Shown here piece after piece: positions 32,689-43,316 of a stretch of DNA of 64,000 nt. The notes under the pieces are model-generated. The model searched no databases and was not told where the DNA came from. It saw nothing but the letters and a program-made list of their open reading frames with translations. The stretch comes from Epithemia pelagica (lineage: Eukaryota; Protista; Bacillariophyta): positions 3,962,360 to 4,026,359 of the forward strand of contig OX337231.1 of the NCBI GenBank assembly GCA_946965045.2, read 5' to 3'. A program made the translations under genes and the position numbers. Within the stretch, counting starts at the first letter, position 1; every line of letters begins with the position of its first letter.

Positions 32689-33885
32689 TTGACTGTCCAT
32701 AACTTTCTAAGTGTAAGTCGGAATTTGGCTTGCTCTACACCGTTGGAAAGGTCTTCTCATGCTGTTGTTGATTGTATATTCATATTCCATGGGCCATTGC
32801 TTCGTTCAGACTCGCTTTTCAATTGAAAATTGACTCCTCTTTTTGGTTGATTGGGCAAGGATCATCCTTGACTGTCCATAACTTTCTAAGTGTAAGTCGG
32901 AATTTGGCTTGCTCTACACCGTTGGAAAGGTCTTCTCATGCTGTTGTTGATTGTATATTCATATTCCATGGGCCATTGCTTCGTTCAGACTCGCTTTTCA
33001 ATTGAAAATTGACTCCTCTTTTTGGCTGATTGGGCAAGGGTCATCCTTGACTGTCCATAACTTTCTAAGTGTAAGTCGGAATTTGGCTTGCTCTACACCG
33101 TTGGAAAGGTCTTCTCATGCTGTTGTTGATTGTATATTCATATTCCATGGGCCATTGCTTTGTTCAGACTCGCTTTTCAATTGAAAATTGACTCCTCTTT
33201 TTGGCTGACTGGGCAAGGATCATCCTTGACTGTCCATAACTTTCTAAGTGTAAGTCGGAATTTGGATTACTCTACACCGTTGGAAAGGTCTTCTCATGCT
33301 GTTGTTGATTGTATATTCGTATTCCATGGGCCATTGCTTTGTTCAGACTCGCACTTCAATTGAAAATTGACTCCTCTTTTTGGCTGACTGGGCAAGGGTC
33401 ATCCTTGACTGTCCATAACTTTCTAAGTGTAAGTCGGAATTTGGCTTGCTCTACACCGTTGGAAAGGTCTTCTCATGCTGTTGTTGATTGTATATTCATA
33501 TTCCATGGGCCATTGCTTCGTTCAGACTTGCTTTTCAATTGAAAATTGACTCCTCTTTTTGGCTGACTGGGCAAGGATCATCCTTGACTGTCCATAACTT
33601 TCTAAGTGTAAGTCGGAATTTGGATTACTCTACACCGTTGGAAAGGTCTTCTCATGCTGTTGTTGATTGTATATTCATATTCCATGGGCCATTGCTTCGT
33701 TCAGACTCGCACTTCAATTGAAAATTGACTCCTCTTTTTGGCTGACTGGGCAAGGGTCATCCTTGACTGTCCATAACTTTCTAAGTGTAAGTCGGAATTT
33801 GGCTTGCTCTACACCGTTGGAAAGGTCTTCTCATGCTGTTGTTGATTGTATATTCATATTCCATGGGCCGTTGCTTCGTTCAGAC
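32689..33885. repeat. 179-bp tandem array, about 6.7 copies
   Basis: Units start ttgactgtccataac at 32689, 32868, 33047, 33226, 33405, 33584 and 33763, with a few substitutions each. Confidence 0.97.
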
Positions 33886-34010
33886 GAGATTTTAAATTGA
33901 ATTTTGCATGGATCTTTGCTGAAAATCTAGCTGTTGACTTTTGTTTGGCAAGCTCCTAGGACCGGCCGCTGGACCCAAACTTTCACAGTAAGGGACCCAC
34001 CTCTCCTAAG

Positions 34011-35198
34011 ATGGGGCGAACCAAACCATTGTCTTCAGAAGAGATTTGTTGCACATTGAAGAAAATCGCCGACAATGAGAGTGGAAGCAGCACCAATGTG
34101 ACAACTCCTTTCCATTCTTTTAGTTCGACAAAAACATCAAGCTCATTACGGACGGTGGTGGCAAAGGGGATTGTCCAGGCTGCAGCCAAGCCAAAAACCA
34201 AACGGCAGAAGCAACGACAGAAGAAAAAAAACAGAAAACAAAGGTCTGAGCTCTTGTCAGTGGAGCCTCTTCCAGCTGAAGATGGTATCCAAGCTTCTAT
34301 TCTGCAAAAGTTTTGTGTGGTCTTCACAATGGACGGTGACATCGCCAAGCCGAATTTTTCTGATCAATCACAAAATTATGACAAGCCTATAATGGTTTCA
34401 TTATGCAATTGGAAGGTCACTGACACTGGCCAAGGGGGTTCAATTTTCCATCCGATAAAAAATGAACTGCCTGTGTTCATTAAACCTCCCTATCAATCAA
34501 GATTGATGCCAGACAAAGTCATCCATGATATTATACAAGTCTTGAAGAGTGTTGAGAAAAAGGCACCGAATCAACGTCGTGGAAAGTCCAAATTCCTTGG
34601 CTTGGATGGGCCGAATTCCAAGTATGTGGCCATCGGGATCCATGCTAACCGAGGGGGGAGAGGACTCATACAGTCGAAGCTAAACATGATGTCAACTGAG
34701 GAGAAGGAGACTCTTGTGAGTTTTATACGACGATTGGAAGAGATCTTTCAACGTTGGGTTGATTGGTCCTACTTGACAGGTTTCAGAAATGCAGCTGTCC
34801 ACCAAGACATCACAATGCTTGACGATGGGCATAGAGCCACAGAGTTTTTCTCGTCCGTTGCATTTGGACGGAATGTCTATCTCCAAGCACATACCGACTG
34901 CGACTTCGGTTATTCCATTGTGGTGGTTCTGCAGGTGGAACCAGAAGAGACTGATTTGGATGAAATTCTATGCTACTTCGTTTTCCCAGTTCATGCACAA
35001 GTGGTAGCCTTGCGTCACGGAGACATTATCATTTTTAACCCAACAATATATCATTGCGTTTCGAAGAAATCAGTGACGGGGGATGTGTTCTGTCTTTCCT
35101 GTTACCTGAAGACAGCAGTGGTCGGAAAAAATGACAATTTACTTCCTCTGACAAGGGTGGAAAGTGAAATTGCCCGTTTGCAAACAAAAGGAACATAG
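34011..35198 (+). CDS. 2OG-Fe(II) dioxygenase, TET/JBP-like (395 aa)
   Basis: FFSSVAFGRNVYLQAHTDCD (HxD)...YFVFP...VVALRHGDIIIFNPTIYHCVS (distal His)...VFCLSCYLK fits a DSBH core in the TET/JBP layout. Basic NLS-like N-terminus. Confidence 0.72.
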   Translation: MGRTKPLSSEEICCTLKKIADNESGSSTNVTTPFHSFSSTKTSSSLRTVVAKGIVQAAAKPKTKRQKQRQKKKNRKQRSELLSVEPLPAEDGIQASILQKFCVVFTMDGDIAKPNFSDQSQNYDKPIMVSLCNWKVTDTGQGGSIFHPIKNELPVFIKPPYQSRLMPDKVIHDIIQVLKSVEKKAPNQRRGKSKFLGLDGPNSKYVAIGIHANRGGRGLIQSKLNMMSTEEKETLVSFIRRLEEIFQRWVDWSYLTGFRNAAVHQDITMLDDGHRATEFFSSVAFGRNVYLQAHTDCDFGYSIVVVLQVEPEETDLDEILCYFVFPVHAQVVALRHGDIIIFNPTIYHCVSKKSVTGDVFCLSCYLKTAVVGKNDNLLPLTRVESEIARLQTKGT

Positions 35199-35294
35199 AA
35201 ACATAACATACTAGCGTTTGTACCAGACAGAACATTCAAATTGCATCTATCTTGAACATAGAGACATAGCCCACTAAAATGCACATGACAATTA

Positions 35295-35704
35295 CTATTC
35301 AAATTGCGTCAATCCTAATTGAGCTCCACGGAAACGACGACTGTGCCTTGACTGTTCACTGTTGGAAGACACCCATTCTTGTCCCTGATTATGATTTGCC
35401 CTTTCGGCCATATCCTTCCGAATGGTACGCGTGAGCTCTTTCACATGTGAAAGGGTTGATCTCAAATCAATGGCATTGTTGTTGTAATTTGCAGATCGGA
35501 AAAGCTTCTGCAACTCTGATATTTCCTCTTTCATTAAGCTGACAAACAAGGTTGGACTCAATCCCTGTCCATAAGCATCATCACAACGCTGATTCAAATC
35601 CATGTCATGGTCCCCAGGCACTTCAAAAATGTTGTCTGAACATGATTCTAGAATAGGCTCATCATTGGTAGTTGATTCATCTCCTGAGGAATCTTCATGT
35701 GACG
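35295..35704 (-). pseudogene. Orphan 3' end of a minus-strand gene (possibly the transposase C-terminus)
   Basis: The frame is open from the 35704 junction to a stop at 35295 (…LMKEEISELQKLF…WVSSNSEQSRHSRRFRG…). The upstream part of ORF 35295..35813 is antisense Ulp1-RING sequence. Confidence 0.45.
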
Positions 35705-36444
35705 TTGAGCGGATGGAAGGCATCGAAGCTATGGCCATGTCCCTGCCCAAGGTACCGGAAAAGGTGCTTATTGAAATGTTGCAGACACCAGTGGCAAGCT
35801 GCTGGATCTGCAAAAAAAAATTTGGAAAGGAGGGGATTTTGGCAATGACTTGTTGCCATCGTCGCTGTCACGAGGCTTGCTTGACGAGCGCCATGTCCTC
35901 CGGGCGTCCACGCCGCGGTACACGGGGTGCTCCACCCTGTCCCTGCTGCAAGAAGCAATGTGAAAAGATTGTCACCCTAGGTGAGAATTATAATGTTGAA
36001 GGAATTTGGTCTCATGGGTCCACAAAACCGTCTCTGAAAACGGTAACGTTCGCTCCGAGTTCGGCCGAAAAGGAGGCTACATTGGGTTTGCAACAGTTGG
36101 CAACTCAGATGGTCGAGAACCCATCAGACACCAACAACAAGGAAGTGGAAATTCCGGTGGATAACGATGTTGTGCCAAGCCAGGTTGGTGATAACACTTT
36201 GTTGGTCGATACTGATGAGGACGAAGAAGACGTAGAAACGAAAGCCGCCGATCGTCATGTCACTTTGACGACCAATCGTGAGCTCGAGCGACGCAATCAA
36301 CAACGTGCCGTGGTGGATAATCGGCGACCAAGTCTCATCGACCATGGCCCACCCACTCTTCCCCAAGGAGTTTTGGTATTGCCCAGGAAAACACCCACCG
36401 GAAGGTTGCCTGACGTTGGTCTCGTAGAAACATTCGAAGTATGA
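35705..36444 (+). pseudogene. Duplicated RING-containing 3' fragment of the Ulp1-RING gene
   Basis: Near-identical to 42577-43316 (one substitution seen). Contains CWICKKKF...TCCHRRCHEAC...CPCC. Confidence 0.9.
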
Positions 36445-37741
36445 TAATATACTTGCCAAAACCAGTACGGATAGAAGCGGTGAGGAGAGGTCTTGACTCC
36501 TTGTTGGTACCCTCTGTGACGTCAACTTTGAGGACATGGGGCAACAGGCGGAACATGCGTTTCTCTTTATTTGATATCCACGCACATGCTATGAAAAAGT
36601 TTTGGTCTTCTTGTAGGGAAAGTGCTTCCATGTCTGCTGAGTACTCATGAACGACTTCTTTGCAAAAATCAGATAAATCAGTAACGTTCCTCGTACCATC
36701 CTCCATTTGATTTTCACTGAATACAAGACCGGCCTCTTTCTCTACTTGTGCGTGCAATAATTTTTGTGGTCGTGCCCCCCATATACAGAAACTTATTCCA
36801 GGAGTTGATCGAAGCCAATCAACAACAGCTCCTGCTCTGATTTCGATCCCATCATAATGGTACTTGGAGTTTGATTCAAGAGAATGAAAAGCGTATCGTA
36901 TCTGTTGTGGGGTAAGTGTCATATTGTGATTCGCATGGAAGAAGTTTCTTCCAGCAGCAGGTCGTGTATTAGCTTTACCAAGCTCTGCTGCTCTTTTCTT
37001 CTGCTCAATTGTTAACATACGCAATTTAATGGGGATGTCTTGCGGTGAACGTTTCATGTGGTTACAATGTTTCGTGGTCCCTGCATTTCTTTTCACATAA
37101 AATCCATGCAGGTCCACAAAGACATTGAATCGGAAAGAACACGTATCTTTGTTGCAAAGTGGTCGATTGGTGACACACTTTCGTGGACCTCGTTTGCCAT
37201 CTAATCCCCTACTGTTACCTCTATGGTCGTTGTGGAGAGAGGTATTCCGATGTTGCATATCTTCAGTCGAGGTACAACGTTTGCGTTTTTGATGATAACG
37301 ACGGTATCGATCACACAGAAAGGTGCGCGAGGCAAAGGGAGCTTGACTGTCTTTTGGGAATGTTTTGCGTTTGGACAATGACGCATTGTGAGTATTTCCA
37401 TTGGACGTCAGGGAAAATCCGGCATCCACAGATGATTGATACAGATCAGTTCTCAACAAAGTAAAAGATTCCGATTCATCGAGAGATGCAGCTGGGTTTT
37501 GACATGGAGGATACTTTGTTCGACAGAAGTATGCATATTCCCCTGGGATGTGATCTGCTTCGGGAAGCCATCCAATGAATGCACATATATCAACATCGAC
37601 GACACTCGTGTTGAATGCGCAATCATCTCCAACATGCATTGGAAAGGTCATTGAAGAAAACCATTCAAGTTCCAATGAATTGAAATACAGATCAAGCTGG
37701 CCTTGAAGTTGGTCATGCAGGGAAGGGTCGAAATTAGACAT
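36335..37741 (-). pseudogene. Mutator-like (MULE) transposase, N-terminal 468 aa, truncated inside the DDE domain (copy 1)
   Basis: FAR1/WRKY-like Zn region (FLCDRYRRY...CSFRFNVFVDLHGFYV...HCNH). MULE core start VLKVDVTEGTNKESRPLLTASIRTGFGKYIIILRMFLRDQRQATFRWVFSWAIPKLLG. Ends before the second catalytic Asp. Confidence 0.82.
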
Positions 37742-38946
37742 GGTGGAGCGAAGTAAAGGTGGAAAAGAAGGAAGCTTGACAGATTTCCAGCAATTTGCTT
37801 CGATAGAGAGAGCGGATGAGCATTGGTCCTAAACAAGAAACCAAATCCGAGGAAGCTGGACGCAAGCCGAGCTTGATGTAACGGTGTTGGAAATTAGAGA
37901 TACTTAGAGCTACCTGGAGCAGTGGCGGGCGACATTGAAACAAGGATAGGGTTGGGGATTTGTCTGGCCGTCTCACCTATTTGGAGGGGATTTAATGGCG
38001 AATTAGTTTCTATAAGTAACTTATGGCGCCAGAGGAACCGGGAGGACACACCACACACGACACACCCACATTTACCGCGGAATCGCGCTAACTCTATTAT
38101 TCATGCATAATACCTATAAGCTTGCGTCATCAATCTCAACTCTCACCAATCACCACCAACAATATTGGCACACATCTGGCACCCACTCATTCTTCTACAT
38201 CTTCATTGATTCGGATATTTTGACATGATGGCCGCCATTCGTAGAGAGATTCCAATGACGGAGAAGAATCCGATGTTCCATCCGAACTACTGGACTATGG
38301 ACTATTGGCCAAGCAAAACGAGCAGTTGGTGAATCCTGCTACCACCACCTAAAAGGTTTCTTTTGTGTCCGGCACAGTCAGTGACACTGAGCCCTCCAAT
38401 GATCCTGCTACGGCGACAGGTCCAGCCTCCCAATGGAGAACGCATCCAACGGCTCCTCCTTCTCCTTGCCCTTTTTCGCCAATGTCACATTGGATTGGAC
38501 ACGACGCAAGCTTTGGCTAAAGCACAACGATCCAGTGTCCGAATTCCACCGCTTCAGCAGCTAGAATATCATTCAGAGCGACAAGCACCACCCCCACCAC
38601 CACAAGGAGCCAGTGCATCTTCCACCTCCAACCGAGATCCTCCGATCCTTCCAGCCTTTCAACCAGATTCCCCGTCCCTTTATTCAACAGCAACAGCTGA
38701 TTCGGGTTTCAACGCACCTCCACCAGCACGGCGGTCTCCTTCCGCATTGTCGAATCGAGAGGTGCTCCAGTTTCGCACGAGGAGCAGGGCCCACAAGGAC
38801 TTGAACCATCCAAATTGGGAAATGCCGCTACATTACGATGCAGCAATACTACTTGGCCACGGCCACCCTTGTGTCCTGTGGGCTGTCTTCTCCAGCAACC
38901 AATTCTTCTGCCACTACCTTTACAGCAACAAGTGTCAAGGCCCTCG

Positions 38947-41409
38947 TCATGTCAGGTTTGACGACCTTAAAAGAAGAAGGAGGAACTCGCAAAAGTTGAC
39001 CTGGTTGCAAAACACCATGAATGGGCGGACACAAGTGCCTTCGTTGTCGAACGCCGTCCTGAAGGCAGTGATTAAATTGTGCACGGCAGCCCATACGTTG
39101 GTCGTGTAAGTTATGGGATGTATATGCACAGGCTTTAAGAATGATGTCCCGGACACATGTTGGCGGTCGGTGGGGGAAAGGCTACAAACCTCGGTGTAGA
39201 ACTTGACATCTTCCAGAGATATTCCGTCTTGTAGCATGACAACAAATTGAGCAGCCTTGACGAGATGAACAAAGCGTTCATAAATCCCTGTCAACATTTG
39301 AGTACAGGTGGTGCTGATGAAATGACGCCTGGTGAAACCAGCTTCGTCAAAGAGGACAACATCGTAGTCCCGAGCGTAACCCACCTTCCAAAGAGAATTT
39401 ACGGAGATGACCAACATTTTCGGAGCAGCGTCGATTTCGTCTTTTGTCAAGTTGGTGTAGCATTCCACGCCAAGACGTGTAGCCAGTTGTTTTGCCAGCA
39501 TTACACGGAAGGCCACCAAACAGACAGACTTGTTCTCACGGACACATCGGTTCACAAGCCGCGCGAGCTGGTATGTTTTCCCCGATCCCATGGGTGCATG
39601 TACAACGCAAAACTTACGTTGCATCTTCTCTCGCCATCGAATGTTTGGCATGAATGCCTTTGCATCATCGCTCTCGTCGATTTCGGCGTCTTCAAAAGGA
39701 AAGAGGGGTTCCTTTGCCGGTGTCGTGACGCAAGCGAAGGTCCTGGCACATCCAAAGCAGTGGAAGCCGCCATTAAAAACCCGTGCACTGGGCGTGCGTT
39801 CTTCGATGCCGTTATGCATATGATGAAAACAATCACCGCTACGGAAAAGCCTAAAAGGCTTGTATGTTCCATCTTCATCACGGAAAACCTCATCCGGAGA
39901 AACGGGCTCATGGGGATCGAAGTCTTCAATATTGCGCATAGCGTTTGCGCGTTCGGCATGGGTCAATAGCCGTCGTTGTGTTTTTGTTTTTCTTTTCTCC
40001 TCATAGCGTTCAACATTGCTGTCACCTCGTACGACGCGGTCTACCATATGACTAATGTCACCAGACGTAGAAGGGACTCTGCTATCAGCGTACCACCGAC
40101 GAGGCTTTGGGTACGATGGGGAGGGTTTCCAACCAGCAATACCATAGGACTCAGTGGCAACGGTTTCGGGAACAGGAGCTCCAATAAGATGTTCCCTCCA
40201 ATACACTAAACCATGGTCGTCCCCTCCGAAGCAATCCGAAAAGCGCCGACTCGCCACCAAACATGGTCGACCTGGAGACCATGGAGCTAACGCGGCAATA
40301 TCACTAGCCACCGCCTTGGACGCCCCCGGCGCACGCAAGAGATGGTTGGATGTGTAGACAGCCTCGTCGAATGGCGTGTCGTTGTGGCCCTTGAAAACCC
40401 ATGTTCCATCATTCTCTACCTCAAGGCACTCGAAGAGCATTAGGGCCTTCAAACGGAACCTCCCTTCCGCAGTGGCCAAGCTTGCTTGCGAGGAATGATT
40501 GAAAAGCCATTTCGTGTTGTCGACTGAAAATTTGCGAGCAATTTCGTAAACCAACAGAGGTAATGTAATGACGGATGAATCACAAAAAATGGACTTGGCC
40601 ACAACATGGAATGAAAACTTTTTGCTTCGGCAACCTGTAAGAACCTTCAAATCCAGTGTATCGTCAGGGACGTCGGGTAACACGCGTTTGAGATATCGCT
40701 TTATATGTTCCAACAACACAGCGATCCCGGCCTGACAGGTCTCCTCCGTGAACCTTTCGCGTATAACGCTACGATACGCTCCACCGATTGCTTCCAACGT
40801 CGATTCTGTCGCTTCAATACCCAATGCTCTAACGTGGTCACGCAAGATATCTTTTTCCGGGATATGACCAAATTCACCAACCTTTACTTCTATATCGAAG
40901 AAAACACGGCAGGGAATGTCCGATCGAACCACCTCGTCCAACCAGACGCTTTTATCCCAGTTGTGGGCAAACTGGAAGAAACGTCGCAATGGAGCAACTA
41001 GATACTCCTTCTGGAACGTCATCCGTGAATTCACATCGTCGCCCTTAGGCTTATCGCGGGCAAATATCATATCCTCGGAGCTGCATATCTCCAAGGCCTG
41101 CTTCAAACGTGAGTAGATGCGAATGTTGCGCCGTTGCAGTTCAAGGCGTCCTTGAAAATATTCGTTGGTCAGTGTCTCCAATTGAGACGTATATTGATCA
41201 TGAGCGTTCCTTTCGTTTTGATCATGAGCGTTCCTTTCGTTTTGCTCTTGTTGTTGTTCTCTTTCGTCCCTTTGTTGCTCTTGTTGTTGTTCTCTAACTC
41301 TATCCACGTCCCATTGTTGGCGATATTCTTCTAAATCACTATCATAGCCACTTTCATAGTCACTGTCGTCTTCGGGTCCATACTCCTCGAATATATGCTC
41401 AAAGTCCAT
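38947..41409 (-). CDS. PrimPol/AEP-type primase + Zn finger + herpes UL9-like SF2 helicase fusion, C-terminally truncated (820 aa)
   Basis: AEP motifs DEVVRSDIPCRVFFDIE (DxE), SKKFSFHVV (SxH) and FDEAVYTSNHLLRAPGASK. Zn finger CFHHMH...FHCFGC. Helicase HAPMGSGKT, VAFRVMLAKQL, LVISVNSL, DVVLFDEA and PFMVFC. Fused to other DNA at about 38965. Confidence 0.88.
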   Translation of the reverse strand: MDFEHIFEEYGPEDDSDYESGYDSDLEEYRQQWDVDRVREQQQEQQRDEREQQQEQNERNAHDQNERNAHDQYTSQLETLTNEYFQGRLELQRRNIRIYSRLKQALEICSSEDMIFARDKPKGDDVNSRMTFQKEYLVAPLRRFFQFAHNWDKSVWLDEVVRSDIPCRVFFDIEVKVGEFGHIPEKDILRDHVRALGIEATESTLEAIGGAYRSVIRERFTEETCQAGIAVLLEHIKRYLKRVLPDVPDDTLDLKVLTGCRSKKFSFHVVAKSIFCDSSVITLPLLVYEIARKFSVDNTKWLFNHSSQASLATAEGRFRLKALMLFECLEVENDGTWVFKGHNDTPFDEAVYTSNHLLRAPGASKAVASDIAALAPWSPGRPCLVASRRFSDCFGGDDHGLVYWREHLIGAPVPETVATESYGIAGWKPSPSYPKPRRWYADSRVPSTSGDISHMVDRVVRGDSNVERYEEKRKTKTQRRLLTHAERANAMRNIEDFDPHEPVSPDEVFRDEDGTYKPFRLFRSGDCFHHMHNGIEERTPSARVFNGGFHCFGCARTFACVTTPAKEPLFPFEDAEIDESDDAKAFMPNIRWREKMQRKFCVVHAPMGSGKTYQLARLVNRCVRENKSVCLVAFRVMLAKQLATRLGVECYTNLTKDEIDAAPKMLVISVNSLWKVGYARDYDVVLFDEAGFTRRHFISTTCTQMLTGIYERFVHLVKAAQFVVMLQDGISLEDVKFYTEVCSLSPTDRQHVSGTSFLKPVHIHPITYTTNVWAAVHNLITAFRTAFDNEGTCVRPFMVFCNQVNFCEFLLLLLRSSNLT

Positions 41410-41687
41410 GGTGATTGACTAAAGAAAAACTGTTGAATTGTGGATTATGAGAACAAGAGAAGAGAAATCGGCATGAAGAAATGGCGGGAAATTTTGCTCT
41501 AAGTCAATAGGATAGAGACCCTCTATGCTAGCGACCACCTATCATAGTGACTCTCTACCATGCCACCCCCTATCATAGGACCCCTCTATCATACCTCCCC
41601 CGGATGGTAGCCACCCCCTCTGGAAGAAATCTTTCTATCACAACAAAACGTCAACCAACCGCCACCACAACCAAAGCAACCCTTGCC

Positions 41688-43316
41688 ATGCCTACCTTAA
41701 AGTATCTCGACGTGATACAGCACTACTTTGCCGCATATGTGTTGATTAAGCCGGACAAAGAGTTAGTTACGCACGTTGAGTTTCCTGTGGAACGTTTGGC
41801 CATGCTGATGCAAAAAGGCTACGAGTGGCAAGCCGTTGATATCGTGGCGTTCCTAAATCTTCAAAAGGCCTATCTTGACGATCTACAAAATGAGCGAAAC
41901 TCCTCTTCTCTCCTTCTTCTCCCTCATATATTCATGGACGATGGCATGAAGGACAAAAGGGGCAAGAGCCTTGAATTACAGAGGATTTTGGATGCTTCAG
42001 GCTTCGACAAGACAAGGCACAAGTACCTTACGTTTTTTGTTTACAAGAAGGATGCGGTAATTGATAGGCCAACGGGAAAACACCCTCCTGAGCGACCATC
42101 GGCTGGGGGACATTGGTTTACTGTTTGGGTGTGCTTGGCATCCGACAACATACGTATCCGTATGACGGAGTCGAGGACATGTGTGAAAGCTTCTTATTTC
42201 GAGAACTTGGCAGCTACAACGTTGGTAACCCTTGGTTGTAATTCCTCCATCACGGTGAAAAAGTGCTCCGTGCATCAATTTGAAGACATGTCTTCGAAAC
42301 AAAAGGACCCGTCTGAGGTTCCATTCCTACACGAACGCGTCAAGGTCAATAACGGAGACACCAATGCCTGTGGTCCCGTGGCGTGTGTGGCCCTACACCA
42401 CAACGTGAATCGGTCCTTGAGCATTGCGGAAGACGCCAAAAGAGAGACTCGGTTTCGATTGAAAGCCTGTCAAGTTCTCGCCCTTCATTTGTCTCACGCC
42501 TATTTTGGGAAGAAGATTAAAATCGTTAATGACGACGAAGCCGCAAGCATCAATCCCGACCAGCTATCGAATATGATTGAGCGGATGGAAGGCATCGAAG
42601 CTATGGCCATGTCCCTGCCCAAGGTACCGGAAAAGGTGCTTATTGAAATGTTGCAGACACCAGTGGCAAGCTGCTGGATCTGCAAAAAAAAATTTGGAAA
42701 GGAGGGGATTTTGGCAATGACTTGTTGCCATCGTCGCTGTCACGAGGCTTGCTTGACGAGCGCCATGTCCTCCGGGCGTCCACGCCGCGGTACACGGGGT
42801 GCTCCACCCTGTCCCTGCTGCAAGAAGCAATGTGAAAAGATTGTCACCCTAGGTGAGAATTATAATGTTGAAGGAATTTGGTCTCATGGGTCCACAAAAC
42901 CGTCTCTGAAAACGGTAACGTTCGCTCCGAGTTCGGCCGAAAAGGAGGCTACATTGGGTTTGCAACAGTTGGCAACTCAGATGGTCGAGAACCCATCAGA
43001 CACCAACAACAAGGAAGTGGAAATTCCGGTGGATAACGATGTTGTGCCAAGCCAGGTTGGTGATAACACTTTGTTGGTCGATACTGATGAGGACGAAGAA
43101 GACGTAGAAACGAAAGCCGCCGATCGTCATTTCACTTTGACGACCAATCGTGAGCTCGAGCGACGCAATCAACAACGTGCCGTGGTGGATAATCGGCGAC
43201 CAAGTCTCATCGACCATGGCCCACCCACTCTTCCCCAAGGAGTTTTGGTATTGCCCAGGAAAACACCCACCGGAAGGTTGCCTGACGTTGGTCTCGTAGA
43301 AACATTCGAAGTATGA
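41688..43316 (+). CDS. Ulp1/C48-like cysteine protease fused to a RING finger; C-terminus truncated/fused to antisense transposase DNA
   Basis: GGHWFTVWV (His), RMTES (Glu at the usual Asp position), NNGDTNACGPVAC (Cys), then RING C-x2-C...CC-H-x2-C-H-x2-C...C-x2-C. First ATG at 41688. Confidence 0.75.
   Translation: MPTLKYLDVIQHYFAAYVLIKPDKELVTHVEFPVERLAMLMQKGYEWQAVDIVAFLNLQKAYLDDLQNERNSSSLLLLPHIFMDDGMKDKRGKSLELQRILDASGFDKTRHKYLTFFVYKKDAVIDRPTGKHPPERPSAGGHWFTVWVCLASDNIRIRMTESRTCVKASYFENLAATTLVTLGCNSSITVKKCSVHQFEDMSSKQKDPSEVPFLHERVKVNNGDTNACGPVACVALHHNVNRSLSIAEDAKRETRFRLKACQVLALHLSHAYFGKKIKIVNDDEAASINPDQLSNMIERMEGIEAMAMSLPKVPEKVLIEMLQTPVASCWICKKKFGKEGILAMTCCHRRCHEACLTSAMSSGRPRRGTRGAPPCPCCKKQCEKIVTLGENYNVEGIWSHGSTKPSLKTVTFAPSSAEKEATLGLQQLATQMVENPSDTNNKEVEIPVDNDVVPSQVGDNTLLVDTDEDEEDVETKAADRHFTLTTNRELERRNQQRAVVDNRRPSLIDHGPPTLPQGVLVLPRKTPTGRLPDVGLVETFEV

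Noticed and set aside
32689-33885. Repeated 77-aa ORFs, and an apparent GTAAGT...TTCAG 97-nt intron in each 179-bp unit
   Set aside because: 179 and the implied 82-nt exon are not multiples of 3, and only one exon frame is open, so neither reading gives a continuous protein.
38363-39109. 248-aa plus-strand ORF (and its 208-aa twin at 45235)
   Set aside because: Non-ATG start, C-terminus differs by junction, and protein-like stretches fall in other frames; at most a decayed gene.
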